From Auanema rhodensis (lineage: Eukaryota; Animalia; Nematoda), in assembly GCA_964057225.1 (NCBI GenBank), contig OZ059895.1:2108001-2172000 (forward strand): a stretch of DNA of 64,000 nucleotides, written 5' to 3'. Each line of letters opens with the position of its first letter. Positions within the stretch are counted from its first letter, which is position 1. Positions 10,543 to 23,700 of the stretch are shown here, one piece after another. A model generated the notes under the pieces. That model had not been told where the DNA came from, ran no database searches, and saw only the letters and a program-made list of their open reading frames with translations. Both the position numbers and the translations under genes were made by a program.

Positions 10543-13500
10543 TCACCCTGAAGAATTTATTTTTTCGTTGAATAACATTGTCCTTCGTCTTTGCCTTGAA
10601 AAAAGGAATCTAAAAACATCTACTTTTTGCTAAATTATTTTGAAATTTTTCGAAAAAATTTTTGTCAAAATGTTTTTGGAAGCAATGTTGAGTGTACATG
10701 GAAACTCAACATACACTAATGCATCATTTTTCAAACGATCATAACTAATTTTCGTATTAAGCGTTTCTCAATGTAGTATAGTGCATTCGATGCGGATTTT
10801 TAAGCTGCGTCGATCTGTGTTATCAGATTTGCGCTAGCTTAAAAATGCACCGAGATATCAACTGATATAAGTTCACACTTATATCCTCGATTTTCACCCT
10901 GAAGAATTTATTTTTTCGTTGAATAACATTGTCCTTCGTCTTTGCCTTGTAAAAAGGAATCTAAAAACATCTACTTTTTGCTAAATTATTTTGAAATTTT
11001 TCGAAAAAATTTTTGTCAAAATGTTTTTGGAAGCAGTGTTGAGTGTACATGGAAACTCAACATACACTAATGCATCATTTTTCAAACGATCATAACTAAT
11101 TTTCGTATTAAGCGTTTCTCAATGTAGTATAGTGCATTCGATGCGGATTTTTAAGCTGCGTCGATTCGTGTTATCAGATTTGCGCTAGCTTAAAAATGCA
11201 CCGAGATATCAACTGATATAAGTTCTCACTTATATCCTCGATTTTCACCCTGAAGAATTAATTTTTTCGTTGAATAACATTGTCCATCGTCTTTGCCTTG
11301 AAAAAAGGAATCTAAAAACATCTATTTTTTGCTAAATTATTTTGAAATTTTTCGAAAAAATTTTTGTCAAAATGTTTTTGGAAGCAATGTTGAGTGTACA
11401 TGGAAACTCAACATACACTAATGCATCATTTTTCAAACGATCATAACTAATTTTCGTATTAAGCGTTTCTCAATGTAGTATAGTGCATTCGATGCGGATT
11501 TTTAAGCTGCGTCGATTCGTGTTATCAGATTTGCGCTAGCTTAAAAATGCACCGAGATATCAACTGATATAAGTTCTCACTTATATCCTCGATTTTCACC
11601 CTGAAGAATTAATTTTTTCGTTGAATAACATTGTCCATCGTCTTTGCCTTGAAAAAAGGAATCTAAAAACATCTATTTTTTGCTAAATTATTTTGAAATT
11701 TTTCGAAAAAATTTTTGTCAAAATGTTTTTGGAAGCAATGTTGAGTGTACATGGAAACTCAACATACACTAATGCATCATTTTTCAAACGATCATAACTA
11801 ATTTTCGTATTAAGCGTTTCTCAATGTAGTATAGTGCATTCGATGCGGATTTTTAAGCTGCGTCGATCTGTGTTATCAGATTTGCGCTAGCTTAAAAATG
11901 CACCGAGATATCAACTGATATAAGTTCACACTTATATCCTCGATTTTCACCCTGAAGAATTTATTTTTTCGTTGAATAACATTGTCCTTCGTCTTTGCCT
12001 TGTAAAAAGGAATCTAAAAACATCTACTTTTTGCTAAATTATTTTGAAATTTTTCGAAAAAATTTTTGTCAAAATGTTTTTGGAAGCAATGTTGAGTGTA
12101 CATGGAAACTCAACATACACTAATGCATCATTTTTCAAACGATCATAACTAATTTTCGTATTAAGCGTTTCTCAATGTAGTATAGTGCATTCGATGCGGA
12201 TTTTTAAGCTGCGTCGATTCGTGTTATCAGATTTGCGCTAGCTTAAAAATGCACCGAGATATCAACTGATATAAGTTTACACTTATATCCTCGATTTTCA
12301 CCCTGAAGAATTAATTTTTTCGTTGAATAACATTGTCCATCGTCTTTGCCTTGAAAAAAGGAATCTAAAAACATCTACTTTTGGCCAAATTATTTTGAAA
12401 TTTTTCGAAAAAATTTTTGTCAAAATGTTTTTGGAAGCAATGTTGAGTGTACATGGAAACTCAACATACACTAATGCATCATTTTTCAAACGATCATAAC
12501 TAATTTTCGTATTAAGCGTTTCTCAATGTAGTATAGTGCATTCGATGCGGATTTTTAAGCTGCGTCGATCTGTGTTATCAGATTTGCGCTAGCTTAAAAA
12601 TGCACCGAGATATCAACTGATATAAGTATAAGTTCACACTTATATCCTCGATTTTCACCCTGAAGAATTAATTTTTTCGTTGAATAACATTGTCCATCGT
12701 CTTTGCCTTGAAAAAAGGAATCTAAAAACATCTACTTTTTGCCAAATTATTTTGAAATTTTTCGAAAAAATTTTTGTCAAAATGTTTTTGGAAGCAATGT
12801 TGAGTGTACATGGAAACTCAACATACAATAATGCATCATTTTTCAAACGATCATAACTAATTTTCGTATTAAGCGTTTCTCAATGTAGTATAGTGCATTC
12901 GATGCGGATTTTTAAGCTGCGTCGATCTGTGTTATCAGATTTGCGCTAGCTTAAAAATGCACCGAGATATCAACTGATATAAGTTCACACTTATATCCTC
13001 GATTTTCACCCTGAAGAATTAATTTTTCTGTTGAATAACATTGTCCATCGTTTTTGCCTTGAAAAAAGGAATCTAAAAACATCTATTTTTTGCTAAATTA
13101 TTTTGAAATTTTTCGAAAAAATTTTTGTCAAAATGTTTTTGGAAGCAATGTTGAGTGTACATGGAAACTCAACATACACTAATGCATCATTTTTCAAACG
13201 ATCATAACTAATTTTTGTATTAAGCGTTTCTCAATGTAGTATAGTGCATTCGATGCGGATTTTTAAGCTGCGTCGATCTGTGTTATCAGATTTGCGCTAG
13301 CTTAAAAATGCACCGAGATATCAACTGATATAAGTTCACACTTATATCCTCGATTTTCACCCTGAAGAATTTATTTTTTCGTTGAATAACATTGTCCTTC
13401 GTCTTTGCCTTGAAAAAAGGAATCTAAAAACATCTACTTTTTGCTAAATTATTTTGAAATTTTTCGAAAAAATTTTTGTCAAAATGTTTTTGGAAGCAAT

Positions 13501-16500
13501 GTTGAGTGTACATGGAAACTCAACATACACTAATGCATCATTTTTCAAACGATCATAACTAATTTTTGTATTAAGCTTTTCTCAATGTAGTATAGTGCAT
13601 TCGATGCGGATTTTTAAGCTGCGTCGATCTGTGTTATCAGATTTGCGCTAGCTTAAAAATGCACCGAGATATCAACTGATATAAGTTTACACTTATATCC
13701 TCGATTTTCACCCTGAAGAATTAATTTTTTCGTTGAATAACATCGTCCATCGTCTTTGCCTTGAAAAATGGAATCTAAAAACATCTACTTTGTGCTAAAT
13801 TATTTCGAAATTTTTCGAAAAAATTTTTGTCAAAATGTTTTTGGAAGCAATGTTGAGTGTACATGGAAACTCAACATACACTAATGCATCATTTTTCAAA
13901 CGATCATAACTAATTTTTGTATTAAGCTTTTCTCAATGTAGTATAGTGCATTCGATGCGGATTTTTAAGCTGCGTCGATCTGTGTTATCAGATTTGCGCT
14001 AGCTTAAAAATGCACCGAGATATCAACTGATATAAGTTTACACTTATATCCTCGATTTTCACCCTGAAGAATTAATTTTTTCGTTGAATAACATTGTCCA
14101 TCGTCTTTGCCTTGAAAAATGGAATCTAAAAACATCTACTTTTTGCTAAATTATTTCGAAATTTTTCGAAAAAATTTTTGTCAAAATGTTTTTGGAAGCA
14201 ATGTTGAGTGTACATGGAAACTCAACATACACTAATGCATCATTTTTCAAACGATCATAACTAATTTTTGTATTAAGCTTTTCTCAATGTAGTATAGTGC
14301 ATTCGATGCGGATTTTTAAGCTGCGTCGATCTGTGTTATCAGATTTGCGCTAGCTTAAAAATGCACCGAGATATCAACTGATATAAGTTCACACTTATAT
14401 CCTCGATTTTCACCCTGAAGAATTAATTTTTCTGTTGAATAACATTGTCCATCGTTTTTGCCTTGAAAAAAGGAATCTAAAAACATCTACTTTTTGCCAA
14501 ATTATTTTGAAATTTTTCGAAAAAATTTTTGTCAAAATGTTTTTGGAAGCAATGTTGAGTGTACATGGAAACTCAACATACACTAATGCATCATTTTTCA
14601 AACGATCATAACTAATTTTTGTATTAAGCGTTTCTCAATGTAGTATAGTGCATTCGATGCGGATTTTTAAGCTGCGTCGATCTGTGTTATCAGATTTGCG
14701 CTAGCTTAAAAATGCACCGAGATATCAACTGATATAAGTTCACACTTATATCCTCGATTTTCACCCTGAAGAATTTATTTTTTCGTTGAATAACATTGTC
14801 CTTCGTCTTTGCCTTGAAAAAAGGAATCTAAAAACATCTACTTTTTGCTAAATTATTTTGAAATTTTTCGAAAAAATTTTTGTCAAAATGTTTTTGGAAG
14901 CAATGTTGAGTGTACATGGAAACTCAACATACACTAATGCATCATTTTTCAAACGATCATAACTAATTTTTGTATTAAGCTTTTCTCAATGTAGTATAGT
15001 GCATTCGATGCGGATTTTTAAGCTGCGTCGATCTGTGTTATCAGATTTGCGCTAGCTTAAAAATGCACCGAGATATCAACTGATATAAGTTCACACTTAT
15101 ATCCTCGATTTTCACCCTGAAGAATTTATTTTTTCGTTGAATAACATTGTCCTTCGTCTTTGCCTTGTAAAAAGGAATCTAAAAACATCTACTTTTTGCT
15201 AAATTATTTTGAAATTTTTCGAAAAAATTTTTGTCAAAATGTTTTTGGAAGCAATGTTGAGTGTACATGGAAACTCAACATACACTAATGCATCATTTTT
15301 CAAACGATCATAACTAATTTTCGTATTAAGCGTTTCTCAATGTAGTATAGTGCATTCGATGCGGATTTTTAAGCTGCGTCGATTCGTGTTATCAGATTTG
15401 CGCTAGCTTAAAAATGCACCGAGATATCAACTGATATAAGTTCTCACTTATATCCTCGATTTTCACCCTGAAGAATTAATTTTTTCGTTGAATAACATTG
15501 TCCATCGTCTTTGCCTTGAAAAAAGGAATCTAAAAACATCTACTTTTGGCCAAATTATTTTGAAATTTTTCGAAAAAATTTTTGTCAAAATGTTTTTGGA
15601 AGCAATGTTGAGTGTACATGGAAACTCAACATACACTAATGCATCATTTTTCAAACGATCATAACTAATTTTCGTATTAAGCGTTTCTCAATGTAGTATA
15701 GTGCATTCGATGCGGATTTTTAAGCTGCGTCGATCTGTGTTATCAGATTTGCGCTAGCTTAAAAATGCACCGAGATATCAACTGATATAAGTATAAGTTC
15801 ACACTTATATCCTCGATTTTCACCCTGAAGAATTAATTTTTTCGTTGAATAACATTGTCCATCGTCTTTGCCTTGAAAAAAGGAATCTAAAAACATCTAC
15901 TTTTTGCCAAATTATTTTGAAATTTTTCGAAAAAATTTTTGTCAAAATGTTTTTGGAAGCAATGTTGAGTGTACATGGAAACTCAACATACAATAATGCA
16001 TCATTTTTCAAACGATCATAACTAATTTTCGTATTAAGCGTTTCTCAATGTAGTATAGTGCATTCGATGCGGATTTTTAAGCTGCGTCGATCTGTGTTAT
16101 CAGATTTGCGCTAGCTTAAAAATGCACCGAGATATCAACTGATATAAGTTCACACTTATATCCTCGATTTTCACCCTGAAGAATTTATTTTTTCGTTGAA
16201 TAACATTGTCCTTCGTCTTTGCCTTGAAAAAAGGAATCTAAAAACATCTACTTTTTGCTAAATTATTTTGAAATTTTTCGAAAAAATTTTTGTCAAAATG
16301 TTTTTGGAAGCAATGTTGAGTGTACATGGAAACTCAACATACACTAATGCATCATTTTTCAAACGATCATAACTAATTTTCGTATTAAGCGTTTCTCAAT
16401 GTAGTATAGTGCATTCGATGCGGATTTTTAAGCTGCGTCGATCTGTGTTATCAGATTTGCGCTAGCTTAAAAATGCACCGAGATATCAACTGATATAAGT

Positions 16501-19500
16501 TCACACTTATATCCTCGATTTTCACCCTGAAGAATTTATTTTTTCGTTGAATAACATTGTCCTTCGTCTTTGCCTTGTAAAAAGGAATCTAAAAACATCT
16601 ACTTTTTGCTAAATTATTTTGAAATTTTTCGAAAAAATTTTTGTCAAAATGTTTTTGGAAGCAGTGTTGAGTGTACATGGAAACTCAACATACACTAATG
16701 CATCATTTTTCAAACGATCATAACTAATTTTCGTATTAAGCGTTTCTCAATGTAGTATAGTGCATTCGATGCGGATTTTTAAGCTGCGTCGATTCGTGTT
16801 ATCAGATTTGCGCTAGCTTAAAAATGCACCGAGATATCAACTGATATAAGTTCTCACTTATATCCTCGATTTTCACCCTGAAGAATTAATTTTTTCGTTG
16901 AATAACATTGTCCATCGTCTTTGCCTTGAAAAAAGGAATCTAAAAACATCTATTTTTTGCTAAATTATTTTGAAATTTTTCGAAAAAATTTTTGTCAAAA
17001 TGTTTTTGGAAGCAATGTTGAGTGTACATGGAAACTCAACATACACTAATGCATCATTTTTCAAACGATCATAACTAATTTTCGTATTAAGCGTTTCTCA
17101 ATGTAGTATAGTGCATTCGATGCGGATTTTTAAGCTGCGTCGATTCGTGTTATCAGATTTGCGCTAGCTTAAAAATGCACCGAGATATCAACTGATATAA
17201 GTTCTCACTTATATCCTCGATTTTCACCCTGAAGAATTAATTTTTTCGTTGAATAACATTGTCCATCGTCTTTGCCTTGAAAAAAGGAATCTAAAAACAT
17301 CTATTTTTTGCTAAATTATTTTGAAATTTTTCGAAAAAATTTTTGTCAAAATGTTTTTGGAAGCAATGTTGAGTGTACATGGAAACTCAACATACACTAA
17401 TGCATCATTTTTCAAACGATCATAACTAATTTTCGTATTAAGCGTTTCTCAATGTAGTATAGTGCATTCGATGCGGATTTTTAAGCTGCGTCGATCTGTG
17501 TTATCAGATTTGCGCTAGCTTAAAAATGCACCGAGATATCAACTGATATAAGTTCACACTTATATCCTCGATTTTCACCCTGAAGAATTTATTTTTTCGT
17601 TGAATAACATTGTCCTTCGTCTTTGCCTTGTAAAAAGGAATCTAAAAACATCTACTTTTTGCTAAATTATTTTGAAATTTTTCGAAAAAATTTTTGTCAA
17701 AATGTTTTTGGAAGCAATGTTGAGTGTACATGGAAACTCAACATACACTAATGCATCATTTTTCAAACGATCATAACTAATTTTCGTATTAAGCGTTTCT
17801 CAATGTAGTATAGTGCATTCGATGCGGATTTTTAAGCTGCGTCGATTCGTGTTATCAGATTTGCGCTAGCTTAAAAATGCACCGAGATATCAACTGATAT
17901 AAGTTTACACTTATATCCTCGATTTTCACCCTGAAGAATTAATTTTTTCGTTGAATAACATTGTCCATCGTCTTTGCCTTGAAAAAAGGAATCTAAAAAC
18001 ATCTACTTTTGGCCAAATTATTTTGAAATTTTTCGAAAAAATTTTTGTCAAAATGTTTTTGGAAGCAATGTTGAGTGTACATGGAAACTCAACATACACT
18101 AATGCATCATTTTTCAAACGATCATAACTAATTTTCGTATTAAGCGTTTCTCAATGTAGTATAGTGCATTCGATGCGGATTTTTAAGCTGCGTCGATCTG
18201 TGTTATCAGATTTGCGCTAGCTTAAAAATGCACCGAGATATCAACTGATATAAGTATAAGTTCACACTTATATCCTCGATTTTCACCCTGAAGAATTAAT
18301 TTTTTCGTTGAATAACATTGTCCATCGTCTTTGCCTTGAAAAAAGGAATCTAAAAACATCTACTTTTTGCCAAATTATTTTGAAATTTTTCGAAAAAATT
18401 TTTGTCAAAATGTTTTTGGAAGCAATGTTGAGTGTACATGGAAACTCAACATACAATAATGCATCATTTTTCAAACGATCATAACTAATTTTCGTATTAA
18501 GCGTTTCTCAATGTAGTATAGTGCATTCGATGCGGATTTTTAAGCTGCGTCGATCTGTGTTATCAGATTTGCGCTAGCTTAAAAATGCACCGAGATATCA
18601 ACTGATATAAGTTCACACTTATATCCTCGATTTTCACCCTGAAGAATTAATTTTTCTGTTGAATAACATTGTCCATCGTTTTTGCCTTGAAAAAAGGAAT
18701 CTAAAAACATCTATTTTTTGCTAAATTATTTTGAAATTTTTCGAAAAAATTTTTGTCAAAATGTTTTTGGAAGCAATGTTGAGTGTACATGGAAACTCAA
18801 CATACACTAATGCATCATTTTTCAAACGATCATAACTAATTTTTGTATTAAGCGTTTCTCAATGTAGTATAGTGCATTCGATGCGGATTTTTAAGCTGCG
18901 TCGATCTGTGTTATCAGATTTGCGCTAGCTTAAAAATGCACCGAGATATCAACTGATATAAGTTCACACTTATATCCTCGATTTTCACCCTGAAGAATTT
19001 ATTTTTTCGTTGAATAACATTGTCCTTCGTCTTTGCCTTGAAAAAAGGAATCTAAAAACATCTACTTTTTGCTAAATTATTTTGAAATTTTTCGAAAAAA
19101 TTTTTGTCAAAATGTTTTTGGAAGCAATGTTGAGTGTACATGGAAACTCAACATACACTAATGCATCATTTTTCAAACGATCATAACTAATTTTTGTATT
19201 AAGCTTTTCTCAATGTAGTATAGTGCATTCGATGCGGATTTTTAAGCTGCGTCGATCTGTGTTATCAGATTTGCGCTAGCTTAAAAATGCACCGAGATAT
19301 CAACTGATATAAGTTTACACTTATATCCTCGATTTTCACCCTGAAGAATTAATTTTTTCGTTGAATAACATCGTCCATCGTCTTTGCCTTGAAAAATGGA
19401 ATCTAAAAACATCTACTTTGTGCTAAATTATTTCGAAATTTTTCGAAAAAATTTTTGTCAAAATGTTTTTGGAAGCAATGTTGAGTGTACATGGAAACTC

Positions 19501-20739
19501 AACATACACTAATGCATCATTTTTCAAACGATCATAACTAATTTTTGTATTAAGCTTTTCTCAATGTAGTATAGTGCATTCGATGCGGATTTTTAAGCTG
19601 CGTCGATCTGTGTTATCAGATTTGCGCTAGCTTAAAAATGCACCGAGATATCAACTGATATAAGTTTACACTTATATCCTCGATTTTCACCCTGAAGAAT
19701 TAATTTTTTCGTTGAATAACATTGTCCATCGTCTTTGCCTTGAAAAATGGAATCTAAAAACATCTACTTTTTGCTAAATTATTTCGAAATTTTTCGAAAA
19801 AATTTTTGTCAAAATGTTTTTGGAAGCAATGTTGAGTGTACATGGAAACTCAACATACACTAATGCATCATTTTTCAAACGATCATAACTAATTTTTGTA
19901 TTAAGCTTTTCTCAATGTAGTATAGTGCATTCGATGCGGATTTTTAAGCTGCGTCGATCTGTGTTATCAGATTTGCGCTAGCTTAAAAATGCACCGAGAT
20001 ATCAACTGATATAAGTTCACACTTATATCCTCGATTTTCACCCTGAAGAATTAATTTTTCTGTTGAATAACATTGTCCATCGTTTTTGCCTTGAAAAAAG
20101 GAATCTAAAAACATCTACTTTTTGCCAAATTATTTTGAAATTTTTCGAAAAAATTTTTGTCAAAATGTTTTTGGAAGCAATGTTGAGTGTACATGGAAAC
20201 TCAACATACACTAATGCATCATTTTTCAAACGATCATAACTAATTTTTGTATTAAGCGTTTCTCAATGTAGTATAGTGCATTCGATGCGGATTTTTAAGC
20301 TGCGTCGATCTGTGTTATCAGATTTGCGCTAGCTTAAAAATGCACCGAGATATCAACTGATATAAGTTCACACTTATATCCTCGATTTTCACCCTGAAGA
20401 ATTTATTTTTTCGTTGAATAACATTGTCCTTCGTCTTTGCCTTGAAAAAAGGAATCTAAAAACATCTACTTTTTGCTAAATTATTTTGAAATTTTTCGAA
20501 AAAATTTTTGTCAAAATGTTTTTGGAAGCAATGTTGAGTGTACATGGAAACTCAACATACACTAATGCATCATTTTTCAAACGATCATAACTAATTTTTG
20601 TATTAAGCTTTTCTCAATGTAGTATAGTGCATTCGATGCGGATTTTTAAGCTGCGTCGATCTGTGTTATCAGATTTGCGCTAGCTTAAAAATGCACCGAG
20701 ATATCAACTGATATAAGTTTACACTTATATCCTCGATTT
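9484..20739. repeat. Tandem duplication of a 16-monomer block (5628 bp) x2
   Basis: ORF-track pairs 9835/15463, 10192/15820, 12298/17926, 12655/18283 and 14410/20038, and the private GCAGTG SNP at 11036/16664, are all offset by 5628 = 16x351+12. Confidence 0.95.
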
Positions 20740-23700
20740 TCACCCTGAAGAATTAATTTTTTCGTTGAATAACATCGTCCATCGTCTTTGCCTTGAAAAA
20801 TGGAATCTAAAAACATCTACTTTGTGCTAAATTATTTCGAAATTTTTCGAAAAAATTTTTGTCAAAATGTTTTTGGAAGCAATGTTGAGTGTACATGGAA
20901 ACTCAACATACACTAATGCATCATTTTTCAAACGATCATAACTAATTTTTGTATTAAGCTTTTCTCAATGTAGTATAGTGCATTCGATGCGGATTTTTAA
21001 GCTGCGTCGATCTGTGTTATCAGATTTGCGCTAGCTTAAAAATGCACCGAGATATCAACTGATATAAGTTTACACTTATATCCTCGATTTTCACCCTGAA
21101 GAATTAATTTTTTCGTTGAATAACATTGTCCATCGTCTTTGCCTTGAAAAATGGAATCTAAAAACATCTACTTTTTGCTAAATTATTTCGAAATTTTTCG
21201 AAAAAATTTTTGTCAAAATGTTTTTGGAAGCAATGTTGAGTGTACATGGAAACTCAACATACACTAATGCATCATTTTTCAAACGATCATAACTAATTTT
21301 TGTATTAAGCTTTTCTCAATGTAGTATAGTGCATTCGATGCGGATTTTTAAGCTGCGTCGATCTGTGTTATCAGATTTGCGCTAGCTTAAAAATGCACCG
21401 AGATATCAACTGATATAAGTTTACACTTATATCCTCGATTTTCACCCTGAAGAATTAATTTTTTCGTTGAATAACATTGTCCATCGTCTTTGCCTTGAAA
21501 AATGGAATCTAAAAACATCTACTTTGTGCTAAATTATTTCGAAATTTTTCGAAAAAATTTTTGTCAAAATGTTTTTGGAAGCAATGTTGAGTGTACATGG
21601 AAACTCAACATACACTAATGCATCATTTTTCAAACGATCATAACTAATTTTTGTATTAAGCGTTTCTCAATGTAGTATAGTGCATTCGATGCGGATTTTT
21701 AAGCTGCGTCGATCTGTGTTATCAGATTTGCGCTAGCTTAAAAATGCACCGAGATATCAACTGATATAAGTTCACACTTATATCCTCGATTTTCACCCTG
21801 AAGAATTAATTTTTTCGTTGAATAACATCGTCCATCGTCTTTGCCTTAAAAAATGGAATCTAAAAACATCTACTTTTTGCTAAATTATTTTGAAATTTTT
21901 CGAAAAAATTTTTGTCAAAATGTTTTTGGAAGCAATGTTGAGTGTACATGGAAACTCAACATACACTAATGCATCATTTTTCAAACGATCATAACTAATT
22001 TTTGTATTAAGCTTTTCTCAATGTAGTATAGTGCATTCGATGCGGATTTTTAAGCTGCGTCGATCTGTGTTATCAGATTTGCGCTAGCTTAAAAATGCAC
22101 CGAGATATCAACTGATATAAGTTTACACTTATATCCTCGATTTTCACCCTGAAGAATTAATTTTTTCGTTGAATAACATTGTCCATCGTCTTTGCCTTGA
22201 AAAATGGAATCTAAAAACATCTACTTTTTGCTAAATTATTTCGAAATTTTTCGAAAAAATTTTTGTCAAAATGTTTTTGGAAGCAATGTTGAGTGTACAT
22301 GGAAACTCAACATACACTAATGCATCATTTTTCAAACGATCATAACTAATTTTTGTATTAAGCGTTTCTCAATGTAGTATAGTGCATTCGATGCGGATTT
22401 TTAAGCTGCGTCGATCTGTGTTATCAGATTTGCGCTAGCTTAAAAATGCACCGAGATATCAACTGATATAAGTTCACACTTATATCCTCGATTTTCACCC
22501 TGAAGAATTAATTTTTTCGTTGAATAACATTGTCCATCGTCTTTGCCTTGAAAAATGGAATCTAAAAACATCTACTTTTTGCTAAATTATTTCGAAATTT
22601 TTCGAAAAAATTTTTGTCAAAATGTTTTTGGAAGCAATGTTGAGTGTACATGGAAACTCAACATACACTAATGCATCATTTTTCAAACGATCATAACTAA
22701 TTTTTGTATTAAGCGTTTCTCAATGTAGTATAGTGCATTCGATGCGGATTTTTAAGCTGCGTCGATCTGTGTTATCAGATTTGCGCTAGCTTAAAAATGC
22801 ACCGAGATATCAACTGATATAAGTTCACACTTATATCCTCGATTTTCACCCTGAAGAATTAATTTTTTCGTTGAATAACATCGTCCATCGTCTTTGCCTT
22901 GAAAAATGAAATCTAAAAACATCTACTTTTTGCTAAATTATTTTGAAATTTTTCGAAAAAATTTTTGTCAAAATGTTTTTGGAAGCAATGTTGAGTGTAC
23001 ATGGAAACTCAACATACACTAATGCATCATTTTTCAAACGATCATAACTAATTTTTGTATTAAGCTTTTCTCAATGTAGTATAGTGCATTCGATGCGGAT
23101 TTTTAAGCTGCGTCGATCTGTGTTATCAGATTTGCGCTAGCTTAAAAATGCACCGAGATATCAACTGATATAAGTTTACACTTATATCCTCGATTTTCAC
23201 CCTGAAGAATTAATTTTTTCGTTGAATAACATTGTCCATCGTCTTTGCCTTGAAAAATGGAATCTAAAAACATCTACTTTGTGCTAAATTATTACGAAAT
23301 TTTTCGAAAAAATTTTTGTCAAAATGTTTTTGGAAGCAATGTTGAGTGTACATGGAAACTCAACATACACTAATGCATCATTTTCCAAACGATCATAACT
23401 AATTTTTGTATTAAGCGTTTCTCAATGTAGTATAGTGCATTCGATGCGGATTTTTAAGCTGCGTCGATCTGTGTTATCAGATTTGCGCTAGCTTAAAAAT
23501 GCACCGAGATATCAACTGATATAAGTTCACACTTATATCCTCGATTTTCACCCTGAAGAATTAATTTTTTCGTTGAATAACATCGTCCATCGTCTTTGCC
23601 TTAAAAAATGGAATCTAAAAACATCTACTTTTTGCTAAATTATTTTGAAATTTTTCGAAAAAATTTTTGTCAAAATGTTTTTGGAAGCAATGTTGAGTGT

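Noticed and set aside
1-20229. Thirteen 63-aa minus-strand ORFs (MKNDAL...)
   Set aside because: They exist only where T89C turns a minus-strand TAG into TGG; the other ~169 monomers have the stop. The peptide is K/F/I/N-rich as expected from A/T tracts and has no domain I recognise. Not called as CDS.
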